A DNA stretch of 64,000 nt from Macrostomum hystrix (Eukaryota > Animalia > Platyhelminthes): NCBI GenBank assembly GCA_950097015.1, contig CATNEN010000001.1, positions 21,204,001-21,268,000 of the forward strand, given 5' to 3'. Under the pieces are notes generated by a model. That model did not search any database. It was not told the origin of the DNA and saw nothing but the letters and a program-made list of their open reading frames with translations. Position 1 is the stretch's first letter. Each line of letters opens with the position of its first letter. The position numbers and the translations under genes were made by a program. This document shows positions 51,543-61,196 of this stretch, in pieces.

Positions 51543-52124
51543 ATGGCAAGCTTTGGCACCGTCCTGGCGTGGTGGCTAGAAGTGGCCGCCACGGACTATC
51601 GCCGCGAACTGGCCGGGAAGAGGACCTGGCTGATGGTCCGCCTGTGGCTGTTACCCATGATAGGACGAGCGGCCCAAGCAGGCGTTGACCTCGCCCTTGC
51701 CTGCCAGCTGGCAGAATCTAGGTGGCTGGCCCAGGCGTGGTGCGAAGAGCGGGACCCTCTGCCGCCTAGGGGAGAAGACGAGGCAAACCTCCCTTGGAAC
51801 CTGCGGTGGATGGAGTACAGCCCGCCAGAGGATTGGAGCCTTACCATCCCCGATGAGCTCGCCTCCTGGCTGCAAGCCAAGAGGATCCCAGGACAGGAAG
51901 AGTTGGAGCACCAGCTGGTCATGCGCCGGATTGGGATGCCAGAGGTCACCCTGCGGTCAGCGGCAGACCCGGATTGGCGTGAGTGGCTCCACGGACATCG
52001 CATCGCCGAAGAGCCACCGCCCGGGGACAGCACGCTCGGCCGCATGGTGAGGGAGATGGAAGGCGAAGAAGCTAGCGAGGGACCGGCGGAAAGTACGCCC
52101 ATCAAGGAGGCGGCCGAAGAATAG
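51543..52124 (+). CDS. Orphan Trp-rich protein with acidic tail, 193 aa
   Basis: Open GC-rich ORF with ATG in good context (ACATGG), flanked by AT/pyrimidine-rich non-coding sequence; no recognised domain. Confidence 0.55.
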   Translation: MASFGTVLAWWLEVAATDYRRELAGKRTWLMVRLWLLPMIGRAAQAGVDLALACQLAESRWLAQAWCEERDPLPPRGEDEANLPWNLRWMEYSPPEDWSLTIPDELASWLQAKRIPGQEELEHQLVMRRIGMPEVTLRSAADPDWREWLHGHRIAEEPPPGDSTLGRMVREMEGEEASEGPAESTPIKEAAEE

Positions 52125-53230
52125 GAAAAGCGCAAGGTAGGGTCAATAGAGGCAGTGACCGCAGAATTGTAGGAACAGGACCACTATCCGTTAGGCCCCT
52201 GTTCCCTGTTCCCCTTTGTCCTTTTCCTTTTTCTTCTCCCCTTTAATAATCATTCGCACTCTGCACCGTTTGTTCTTTTCTTCCTATTGTGCATGTTTTC
52301 CCTTTTAATCTAAAGCCGCCTTGGCAAAAATCTCACACAAAAACTCTTATAAATTTAGTCAAAATCACAAAAATACACTTAGTGGGGCGAAATTCCCCTG
52401 ATACTTTTTCACATGAGATGCTTATCTAATTGTAGCAAACTAGGGTATGCACCTTCTTTTCTTAAAGAGCATTTTACTTTTAATCGCACCACATCATGCA
52501 TGGCACCTCTGCCTTATCTCGCTTCATATTGGTGGGTCTGTGGGAATTCAATTTAGGACAGCTTCTAAATTAGGAGGGACACCAACCCGCTAAAGTGAGC
52601 GGGGTGGTATGCCTTGGGAAATTCTATGCTTCTTTAAGGGAGGGAAGGCGGTTCAAATCAAAAAGGCCATCTCGGCGCCAAAACCTCTTAAAAACTTATA
52701 TAAACTAATCAAAATCCAAAAACATACTTAGTGGGGTGAAATTCCCCTTCGTAAGAATTTTCGCATGAAACATAGTAGTATGCAAGAGGGGGCTTCTAGG
52801 ACAAAAATTATCGCAGCCTCCATTATCCACAAACCATTACTTTTATTATTCCCGAAGAGATCAGGAAAAAAGGGTCCCCGCCTCTCTCTAAAAAACTCCG
52901 TCTCCATATTCTAAATTCTCTACTTTTAATATTCCACATCAGTTTGTGAGTTGAATATCTAGGACAAAAAATTATCGCAGCCTCCTTATTGCACAAACCA
53001 TTACCTTTCCTGAAGGAACAAGGTTCCCCGCCAAAAAAAATACTTTCCAGTTTGTGAACTTGGACAAAAACAAATTATCGCAGCCACTCCCTAAGAGATC
53101 AGGAAAAAATAGCGAAGCTGTAAAAAACGTGCCAAGACAATCAAATTAGCACTAAAATCACAATCCCAAAACTCAAGATCCCAAACCTAGGGTGCTCATC
53201 CTACGAAAAAAAATTAAATTCTTATTAAAA

Positions 53231-53479
53231 ATGCTCCCAATCGTCTCTCCAGGATCTTATTACAAAAGTCATGAGCCTAATTACAAGAGTAAGTACCGAT
53301 GCAAACAAGAATGCATCGAGTACATGAGAAAATATTGGCCCGGCGTGGATATCAATGTCCCTAATATTAATCAAGCTCTCCAAAGACACTGGTTTCATAA
53401 CACTGGAGTAACCATAAAGGACTATGACAGCTACTATAACTTTGCAGAAATCATTAAGCAGCTTACATTCTCTCAATGA
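53231..53479 (+). CDS. Small hypothetical Polinton protein, 82 aa
   Basis: Preceded by the same A/T-tract plus AAAAATG context as other Polinton genes; convergent with the penton fragment. Confidence 0.45.
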   Translation: MLPIVSPGSYYKSHEPNYKSKYRCKQECIEYMRKYWPGVDINVPNINQALQRHWFHNTGVTIKDYDSYYNFAEIIKQLTFSQ

Positions 53480-53745
53480 TCAACGTCAATACAAACTCTT
53501 CACCGTTGAAATCAACGCCAACACCATCTTCCGTCTCAAACTGCAGCACAATCTCGTGAATCTCCTTATTACTTAGCACAACTCTTTTCACTGGATTTGG
53601 TTTCTCTACCAGCATCTGTCCTCCAGGAACAGAGTTTGAGATGTTGTACAAAATATTCGTTCGTTTTCCCTTAAATACCCAATCAAGACTGAGATTACTT
53701 CTGATTAGAATATTCAAACCCTTTACAATGTCTGCGATATATTTA
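53463..53745 (-). pseudogene. Minor capsid (penton-like) C-terminal fragment
   Basis: ILYNISNSVPGGQMLVEKP...IHEIVLQFETEDGVGVDFNGEEFVLTLII resembles the Polinton mCP C-terminus; no ATG or N-terminal half upstream. Confidence 0.65.
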
Positions 53746-53990
53746 GTCTTTCAGCAATCGCTTTAAGAGTCAGTAGTTAAGAGTTAAGAGTTAAGAGTAA
53801 GAGTAAGAGTTTAACAGTTAAGAGTCACTGGTTTCACAAGAGTATCAAAGGATCGTCTTCAGCCGCTGCTTGACCGTCTCCAGCACCAGCAGGCTGGCAA
53901 GCTTCAGCATCTGCAGCAAAAGTTTAGTGGTAGTATTTACATTAGAGTGCTATAGTTTTATAAAAGAGAGACACAGAGGAGAGAGCGTAG

Positions 53991-54328
53991 CACACATATT
54001 GGGTGGGCCAATAATACACACGGTTTTTCCTTCAATTCACACATATTGGGTGGGCCAATAATACACACGGTTTTTCCTTCAATTCACACATATTGGGTGG
54101 GCCAATAATACACACGGTTTTTCCTTCAATTCACACATATTGGGTGGGCCAATAATACACACGGTTTTTCCTTCAATTCACACATATTGGGTGGGCCAAT
54201 AATACACACGGTTTTTCCTTCAATTCACACATATTGGGTGGGCCAATAATACACACGGTTTTTCCTTCAATTCACACATATTGGGTGGGCCAATAATACA
54301 CACGGTTTTTTCCTTCAATTCACACATT
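53991..54328. repeat. 47-bp tandem repeat, ~7 copies, with internal TATTGG-N5-CCAATA palindrome
   Basis: Unit CACACATATTGGGTGGGCCAATAATACACACGGTTTTTCCTTCAATT. Confidence 0.95.
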
Positions 54329-54913
54329 TTAATTTTTCTAGTAGACTCACAATGCTCATATAGAAGGCCCTGAAGTTCAGCCGCTGATGGAGGTCTTGTT
54401 GGGGGAGTCGGATCTTGCCAATCTTCTGCATCCGTTTGCCACCACCTTTCGCTCCGAATTGTCCTAGAGTTTTCATGCAGGAATGTAGCCGAAACAGAGC
54501 AAAAGCGGAGCCGCGGAAGCTCGGTCACCAAAGTATAGATGTTATGGCGGGATTGCACGTGGTAGTAACTCACACTGAACAGTTCTGCCAGGCTTGTTAA
54601 AGTATGCTGATGCCTTGTCATAAATTGGTCATTCCTTGTAGCGAAGCACGAGCTCACCCTTTGAAGGCATGATCGCTTGGTATAAAATAGTAAGCTGACA
54701 GGGAGCACAGCGATGCGAGCGAAATGCTCTTTGCTCCTTATCTTCTCTCAGTATTTAAAAGCTCAATACTCATGCAGTCAGCAAATCGATTTTTTAGTCT
54801 GTTCCTATGATCAGACAAATGCCCTCCAATTGGCGCGCTTTCTGCCAAAAAAGTCTCGGCGGCGCTTTTTGTGCCAGCTGGCAGACTTTTTGGCAGACTT
54901 TTTTTTGCTTGAA

Positions 54914-55357
54914 TCATTCTGCTCTCTCAACCCCCAGCTCTTTCAGCAGTCCTCCTAGTTCCTTACTTGGCGCATGCAATACAAAACCCACCCCACCAAT
55001 CCCCAACCCCAACTTTGTCTTACCAAAAATAACAGCTTTAACTAGTTTCCGAGCGATCGATTCCCTCCACCCGCTTGAAGCCCCCATATTGTCTAGCATT
55101 CTGAGCATTTCTTTGTCCCAGCGAGTCTTCTCCTCTGGAAAATCCCTATACTTAATATCATGCCACATGCAGACAGAGTCTAGCTCGTTCACAGGCTCAT
55201 GCCCAGGATTTGGATTATTGTTTTTATCTAGCTGTATTTCAAGCGGATTCAAAGGCCCGCAATATTTGTAGCCGGGAATTGTCCAGCCTTTGTTTGGATG
55301 AGGAAGCTTTTCTACCAGTCCATGTGAGTCTAAGTTTCCACCAGAGCGTTGCATCAT
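54914..55357 (-). CDS. Parvovirus-type phospholipase A2 domain protein, 147 aa
   Basis: PGYKYCGPLN calcium loop and NELDSVCMWHDIKY catalytic HD motif. Confidence 0.88.
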   Translation of the reverse strand: MMQRSGGNLDSHGLVEKLPHPNKGWTIPGYKYCGPLNPLEIQLDKNNNPNPGHEPVNELDSVCMWHDIKYRDFPEEKTRWDKEMLRMLDNMGASSGWRESIARKLVKAVIFGKTKLGLGIGGVGFVLHAPSKELGGLLKELGVERAE

Positions 55358-55383
55358 TTTTATAAAAAATTAAATAAAAAATA

Positions 55384-56373
55384 ATGGCAGATCAGAAACT
55401 TCAAAAGCTCTACTACAGTGACAAAGGATTCTTTGTAGGAAAAAATGCTGTCACCAAACTCGCGGAACTAAGTAATGAATCAAAACAAACAGTTGAAAGA
55501 TGGCTCTCTAAGCAAGCAGTTTACCAAGTCTATTTCCCACCTGTTAAATTTGCAAGACCTCACTTTAACATCTATAAACCTAATGAAGCGCACCAAGCAG
55601 ATCTTCTGTTTCTCCCCAATGACTCAGGCTACAAGTATGCGCTCACTGTTATAGACATTGCCTCCAGATATAAGGAAGCGAGACCGCTTAAGACTAAGAA
55701 GTCAGAAGCAGTTGCAGCTGCCCTCCAAGACATTTACAAAAACTCACCGCTCACATACCCCCAAACCTTTATGACTGATCCTGGCAAAGAATTCATGGGG
55801 GCAGTCAAATCCCTTATGGAAAAGAACAATACGAAAATGCGCTACGGAAGAACTGAGCTCCATAGAGACCAGGCTTTTGTTGAAAGATTCAATCTAACTC
55901 TAGCAAAGAGACTTTTCACAAAGCAGACAGCTGAAGAGCTGAAACTAAAAAGTGGCCAATACTATACCAAGTGGACAGAAAGACTCCCCGCAGTAATAAG
56001 TCAACTGAACAATGAAGTATCTCGAATGACAAACCTGAAACCAAATACTGCCATCAAACAAGACACAGTTAAATCAAAACATCCAATCGCCCAATTCCCA
56101 ATTCCAAAGCTCCCTGGTGTTTATTCTCCGGAAATTCTTACTAACTCTGAATTCGTTCGCTTCCTTTACTTACCAGGAGAGCTGGAGAAGGACACAAAGA
56201 GAAGAGCAACAGACCCATACTTTAGTCTTGATGTACATAAGATAAACAGGCATTTCACATCAGCATCCGGTGATTACTATTTTCTATCCCAAGACTTTAA
56301 TTCAAAAGCCCCCACACGATCATTCACAAGGGCTGAGCTTCTAGTGATTCCACATGACACAGAAATAAATTAA
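55384..56373 (+). CDS. Retroviral-like (rve) integrase, 329 aa
   Basis: HQADLL, LTVIDIASRY, TDPGKEF, AFVERFNLTL (DDE triad). Confidence 0.93.
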   Translation: MADQKLQKLYYSDKGFFVGKNAVTKLAELSNESKQTVERWLSKQAVYQVYFPPVKFARPHFNIYKPNEAHQADLLFLPNDSGYKYALTVIDIASRYKEARPLKTKKSEAVAAALQDIYKNSPLTYPQTFMTDPGKEFMGAVKSLMEKNNTKMRYGRTELHRDQAFVERFNLTLAKRLFTKQTAEELKLKSGQYYTKWTERLPAVISQLNNEVSRMTNLKPNTAIKQDTVKSKHPIAQFPIPKLPGVYSPEILTNSEFVRFLYLPGELEKDTKRRATDPYFSLDVHKINRHFTSASGDYYFLSQDFNSKAPTRSFTRAELLVIPHDTEIN

Positions 56374-56389
56374 ATTTTTTTTAAATAAA

Positions 56390-56818
56390 ATGATTGAAAC
56401 CAGAACCGTGAATAAAATCAGCAGAATTATCGACTCTAAGAAGCCAGGAGTTGTATCAATTAAAGGTGTCAAAGTCAAAGTAGATCCAATCCAGCATCTG
56501 ATCCATTGTAACAATCAAACGCACAATATCACTGATGAGAAGACAGGTGGGGTTCTTCCTTTGTTAACTCTTATCCCCATCATCGCAGGTGCTCTTGGTG
56601 CTGCAGGAGGTGTAGCCGGCGGAGTTGCATCAGCTGTGAAGGCTGGCAATGACAGAGCACACCAACAAGAGATGGAGAAAATCGCTAGAGAAAAAGGAGT
56701 CAGAATCGGGGGTAGTTGTGAATCTGATGAATCAGCTGATGAATCAGTCAGCAAATCAGAAATCGTTAAAGCCATCATGACACTGCATAAAGCAGGATTT
56801 ACAATACTCCGGATGTGA
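56390..56818 (+). CDS. Adenovirus pX-like small virion protein, 142 aa
   Basis: TGG|VLPLLTLIPIIAGALGAAGGVAGGVASAV resembles adenoviral pX GG|FLPALIPIIAAAIGA. Confidence 0.6.
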   Translation: MIETRTVNKISRIIDSKKPGVVSIKGVKVKVDPIQHLIHCNNQTHNITDEKTGGVLPLLTLIPIIAGALGAAGGVAGGVASAVKAGNDRAHQQEMEKIAREKGVRIGGSCESDESADESVSKSEIVKAIMTLHKAGFTILRM

Positions 56819-56943
56819 AAACAGAACAGAACAGAATCTGCTCTCATAACTATATTTAGCACTGTTGGTAGTAGTTTGCCATACTTTACACTTCACTTGA
56901 GGGTGACCACCCTAAATTTTTTTTTATAAAATTTTCATTAAAA

Positions 56944-59900
56944 ATGCCTAAAGCAATTCCAGAAAAAAAATTTGTCGAATCTTTCTTTCAAAATTATTGC
57001 CCTCAAGCCTCTTCTTTTCAGCAGAAAAGTAAAGTTTTGCAAGAGCTTTGCAGGCAGAAATTCAATACAGATCCAGGCTACCTCGGGAGCTATGCAAAGC
57101 TGCAAGAAATTATTAATCAGCTTCAATCATCAGAGCAGTACACACCCGTGATGAACCCTGCAGCTGAGCATCAACAAAGGAGCCGCAGCTTAGTCAACAG
57201 ATATCAGACTCTCACAGGTCAAAATGTGTCGAAATACCCACAGAATAAGCAAGAGCAAGAAGATCTAGAACGTACAATCCACCAGGTTGAAGCAGAGCTA
57301 CAAACTGAAGACATTAAATTTGCACAGAGAAAATTCACAGAGTATTATATTGAGTACACAATCCAGGAAGACACCACAAATTCCCAATCCGACATTTACG
57401 ACTTCAAAGACAGAATTCAATCAGTAATTGATCACACACTGAAGTCACGTAAGACCTTCAAGCTTCAGTTATCATTCAAGATTGAATTTTACATGCCTGC
57501 AAAATCCACTGAGCGTCTTGAATACTACATGACAACTAAAGCTCTACCCTTTACTCCCACTGACACACAGGATCCCTTTCTTCAAGAGATCAGTAAAAAG
57601 ATTGACGCCTTTACTTCCGGAGGATCAGGTTGGGTTGTCAATGGCATTCAAAAAGCTACAGTAATGATCATTAAATATGACCCTCTCAAAGCTTCATCAT
57701 ATATTGAGCTCCCGAAAAAGCTAGCGAGTAAAAAAGCTTGCATCAATGTGAAAAATTATGACCAATGCTGTGCACTATGGGCAGTTTGGTCTGCAATATT
57801 GTATGAGAAAGATCGAGCCCACCCAGAGAGAACTTCTCATTATAAAATGTCTTTTGACGCAAAACTTTTAGAATGCCATGCTAAAGGAATTTCCTTCAAT
57901 AGAGGCGGCTTGGCAATCGATCAAATCCCAAAGCTAGAGGAAGTCTTTAACAATAAAATCAGAATCACAGTCTTTGAATGGAATGAGAAGAGCGAAAAAG
58001 TACAATTAGTCAGAGCCAGTAAAAACACGCTAGATCCTGAAGGTAGGCGTCGCATAGATGTCGATCTTCTAATCATAGGTGATTTGCGTGAAAATGCCCA
58101 CTACGTTTGGATTAAAGATCTTTCCAGGCTCCTCCACAAGCAAATGAACAATCATCATGAATCGGTAGCAATCTGTCGTCTTTGTCTGAAGCATTATAGT
58201 GGACCCGATCGTGATGAAAAACTTAAAGAGCATGAACTGACCTGTGAAGATCATCCAACCAACTGCACACTTCCAACGGATAAGCATCTCAGATTTAAGA
58301 GTTATCACAAGATGGAGAAGCTCCCTTTTATAGTATACGCTGACTTTGAATGCACTATAAACCCTGAAACCAATAAGCATGTCCCAAATTCTGTTGCATA
58401 TCTCTTTATTGGAAGAGACTCTTTTATTGACTCAAAGTATTTCTTAGGTGACCAGTGTGTTGAACAATTCATTTACTCGATGATGGAATTACAGAAAAAT
58501 GTTGCTGCCATTCAGCCTGTTCGAATAATTATGTCCGATCAAGATGAAATCGACTTCGGATCTGCAACTCATTGTCACATTTGCCGAAAGCTATTAACAC
58601 CCTGCGACGTCAAAAACCACACAGTCAGAGACCACGATCACTTCACAGGAAAATTTAGAGGGGCAGCTCATAACACCTGTAATCTGAAACTAAAGAAAAA
58701 CATCCGCGACCTTACCATTTTCTTCCATAACGGAAGGGGATATGATTATCACTTATTGGTTGAGAAGCTGGGTATGATACCAGGCATTAAACTAGATTGC
58801 ATCGCAGAGAACAAAGAAAAGTTTAAGTGCATTGATATTAAGCGAGATTCAGGCAAGATTAAGATCAAAGATTCATTCCAGTTTCTGGCCGCAAGTCTCG
58901 ATGCTTTGAGTAAAAATCTCACCGATGACCAATGTACTTATACCAAGATGCTGGCAGATTCCCTCAATCCTAGAACCCCAGATTCATTTAAGCTTCTTAG
59001 AAAGAAAGGTGTCTACCCTTATGAATGTAATCACGTCTTTGCAGAACCACTACCACCCAAGGACAAGTTCTTTTCAAAGCTAACAAACTCTGGGATTTCT
59101 GATGAAGATTATGAGCATGCTCAGACTGTTTACAAACATTTTAACTGTCGAAACTTTCTTGATTATCACATGCTTTACCTTTGGACTGATGTCTTTCTTC
59201 TAGCTGATGTATTTGAAACCTTTAGAAAGACCTGGTACTCTGCTTATGGTCTCGACCCCGCTCATTATGTGTCTTTGCCTGCTACCAGTTGGGAATCATT
59301 GCTTAAAATGAAATGGGATCAAAATCCCAACTGGTACATCGAGCTGCTTACAGACATAGACATGTACAACTTTATAGATTCATCTAAGAGAGGTGGCATC
59401 TCTATTTGTGTCCATAGGTATGCAAAGGCGAACAATCCGTATCTAGAAGACTATGATAAAGAAAAGCCTTCAAACTACATCCTTTACCTGGATGCCAACA
59501 ACCTCTATGGTTGGGCTATGAGCCAAGATTTACCTGTTAGAGATTTTAGGTGGCTAACAGAATGCAACACAGACTTTTCAATACCTGCGATCTATGAAGT
59601 TGATGTTGAAATCCCATGGGAACTTCACGACTATTTCTCTGACTTTGCCCCCTTCCCTGAGAACATTAACTGTCCAAAGATAATCCAGTACAATGGAAGC
59701 TGGCAGCTATCTGAAAAAGAAAAAGAGCGTGTGAAGAAATTGACACAAAATCTCATGAACAAGACCCGCTATAAAATCCACTACAAACTGTTGCAGTATT
59801 TTATCTCCCTAGGCTGTAGGGTCACGAAAGTTCACAGAGCTCTCGCATTCACAGAAGAAGCGTGGATGAAGCCATACATAGAAAAAAACACCCAGTTTAG

Positions 59901-60735
59901 AACTAAAGCAACAAACAGCTTTGACAAGGACCTGTTCAAGCTTGCAAACAACTCTGTCTATGGCAAGACCCTAGAAAACGAACGCAACCGCACGAACCTG
60001 AAGCTCGTTAAGTCTGATGAGCATGGTGTCATTCAGACAAGTTTATCAAAGCCCACTTTCAAAGAGCTTCATATCTTTAATGATTACTTGGGTGCCATAC
60101 TGTTCTATAAGACTAAAGTTACCCTATGCAAGCCCATATTTACAGGTGTGACTGTACTTGACGAATCGAAGCGCCTGATGTATAAATTCTTCTATGACAT
60201 GAAGCGGCAATATGGTGAACAACTGAAACTTCTATATACTGACACAGACTCCCTAATTCTAAACATACAGACTGAGGATGTCTATCAGGACATGTTGAAT
60301 CAAAAACATCTGTATGACCTATCCGAATATCCAGAGTCCTTCAAGACTTTGAAAGGTGATCAAGTACGCGACACTGGAAATCAAAAAGTTGTAGGAAAAA
60401 TGAAGGATGAAACGGCTGGCACCCTCATTACAGAGTTTATCGGTTTGAGGGCAAAGTCCTATTTTGTAAAAAGTTGTAAGTCTACCATTAAAAAATCAAA
60501 AGGAATCCCAAAACATGTTGTTAAAAACGATCTCCATGAAGCTTCATACAAGGACGCATTGATCAATAATAAAAGTACTACTCATGAATTTATGAAACTG
60601 CAGTCTAAGAACCACAACATTCACACAATTCAACAGAAGAAGATAGGCCTCTCAGGTGCCGATAACAAACGACATATCTTTGATGACAACATTAACAGCC
60701 TACCATTTGGACACTATAGATTAAATAATTTGTAA
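56944..60735 (+). CDS. Protein-primed family B DNA polymerase (pPolB), 1263 aa
   Basis: GSGW, YADFE (ExoI), FFHNGRGYD (ExoII), KDSFQF, RKKGVYPYE, YLDANNLYGWAM, KLANNSVYGKT, YTDTDS, GKMKDE, LRAKSY; uninterrupted. Confidence 0.96.
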   Translation: MPKAIPEKKFVESFFQNYCPQASSFQQKSKVLQELCRQKFNTDPGYLGSYAKLQEIINQLQSSEQYTPVMNPAAEHQQRSRSLVNRYQTLTGQNVSKYPQNKQEQEDLERTIHQVEAELQTEDIKFAQRKFTEYYIEYTIQEDTTNSQSDIYDFKDRIQSVIDHTLKSRKTFKLQLSFKIEFYMPAKSTERLEYYMTTKALPFTPTDTQDPFLQEISKKIDAFTSGGSGWVVNGIQKATVMIIKYDPLKASSYIELPKKLASKKACINVKNYDQCCALWAVWSAILYEKDRAHPERTSHYKMSFDAKLLECHAKGISFNRGGLAIDQIPKLEEVFNNKIRITVFEWNEKSEKVQLVRASKNTLDPEGRRRIDVDLLIIGDLRENAHYVWIKDLSRLLHKQMNNHHESVAICRLCLKHYSGPDRDEKLKEHELTCEDHPTNCTLPTDKHLRFKSYHKMEKLPFIVYADFECTINPETNKHVPNSVAYLFIGRDSFIDSKYFLGDQCVEQFIYSMMELQKNVAAIQPVRIIMSDQDEIDFGSATHCHICRKLLTPCDVKNHTVRDHDHFTGKFRGAAHNTCNLKLKKNIRDLTIFFHNGRGYDYHLLVEKLGMIPGIKLDCIAENKEKFKCIDIKRDSGKIKIKDSFQFLAASLDALSKNLTDDQCTYTKMLADSLNPRTPDSFKLLRKKGVYPYECNHVFAEPLPPKDKFFSKLTNSGISDEDYEHAQTVYKHFNCRNFLDYHMLYLWTDVFLLADVFETFRKTWYSAYGLDPAHYVSLPATSWESLLKMKWDQNPNWYIELLTDIDMYNFIDSSKRGGISICVHRYAKANNPYLEDYDKEKPSNYILYLDANNLYGWAMSQDLPVRDFRWLTECNTDFSIPAIYEVDVEIPWELHDYFSDFAPFPENINCPKIIQYNGSWQLSEKEKERVKKLTQNLMNKTRYKIHYKLLQYFISLGCRVTKVHRALAFTEEAWMKPYIEKNTQFRTKATNSFDKDLFKLANNSVYGKTLENERNRTNLKLVKSDEHGVIQTSLSKPTFKELHIFNDYLGAILFYKTKVTLCKPIFTGVTVLDESKRLMYKFFYDMKRQYGEQLKLLYTDTDSLILNIQTEDVYQDMLNQKHLYDLSEYPESFKTLKGDQVRDTGNQKVVGKMKDETAGTLITEFIGLRAKSYFVKSCKSTIKKSKGIPKHVVKNDLHEASYKDALINNKSTTHEFMKLQSKNHNIHTIQQKKIGLSGADNKRHIFDDNINSLPFGHYRLNNL

Positions 60736-60772
60736 CAAAAAAGTTGTAACAAAAAAATTTGTTAAAAAAATA

Positions 60773-61171
60773 ATGACAACCAATATTTATTTAGAAGAGC
60801 TAGCTCAGCAATTAAAAATCCCAAACTTCCGAGGAGTCTTTATGAAGGATACACTGCCAGAATCCCCACTAGAAAAAGAATGTGGAATCATGAACTTTGA
60901 CCCTGCAGAAAAGCCAGGTTCTCATTGGGTTTGTTGGGTAATTGATCCGAACCGTAATCACAAGTACTATTACTTTGATAGCTATGGTACGGCCGTGCCT
61001 GAAGTGCTGAGAAATTATATGACTCATATGAGACATAAAATATACCGCTCAGATTTTATACTCCAGGGTATTAACAGTGATATTTGTGGTGAGCTATGTA
61101 TGACTGTTTTGTATGCAATGACCCACACCCGAAAAAGTTACAAAGAAATCATTTTAGGGCTGAAAAAATAA
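60773..61171 (+). CDS. Adenain-like cysteine protease, 132 aa
   Basis: FRGVF, GSHWV, YFDSYG, Q...SDICG catalytic H/D/Q/C arrangement. Confidence 0.9.
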   Translation: MTTNIYLEELAQQLKIPNFRGVFMKDTLPESPLEKECGIMNFDPAEKPGSHWVCWVIDPNRNHKYYYFDSYGTAVPEVLRNYMTHMRHKIYRSDFILQGINSDICGELCMTVLYAMTHTRKSYKEIILGLKK

Positions 61172-61196
61172 TTTTTTTAGGTCCCGTTAGGGCCTG

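Larger units (their letters stand above)
46252..52773 (+). mobile_element. LTR-type retroelement with gag, protease and orphan ORF, lacking RT/RNase H/integrase; left boundary uncertain
   Basis: ...TTTCA (48578) followed by a tRNA-Leu PBS, a 1.3-kb leader, gag, PR and ORF3. Candidate LTR starts are TGA 46252 or TGTAAC 46585/46633. The 3' LTR is not in the window. Confidence 0.7.

Noticed and set aside
51543-52124. env gene call for the third ORF of the LTR element
   Set aside because: Too short, with no signal peptide, cleavage site or C-terminal transmembrane anchor.
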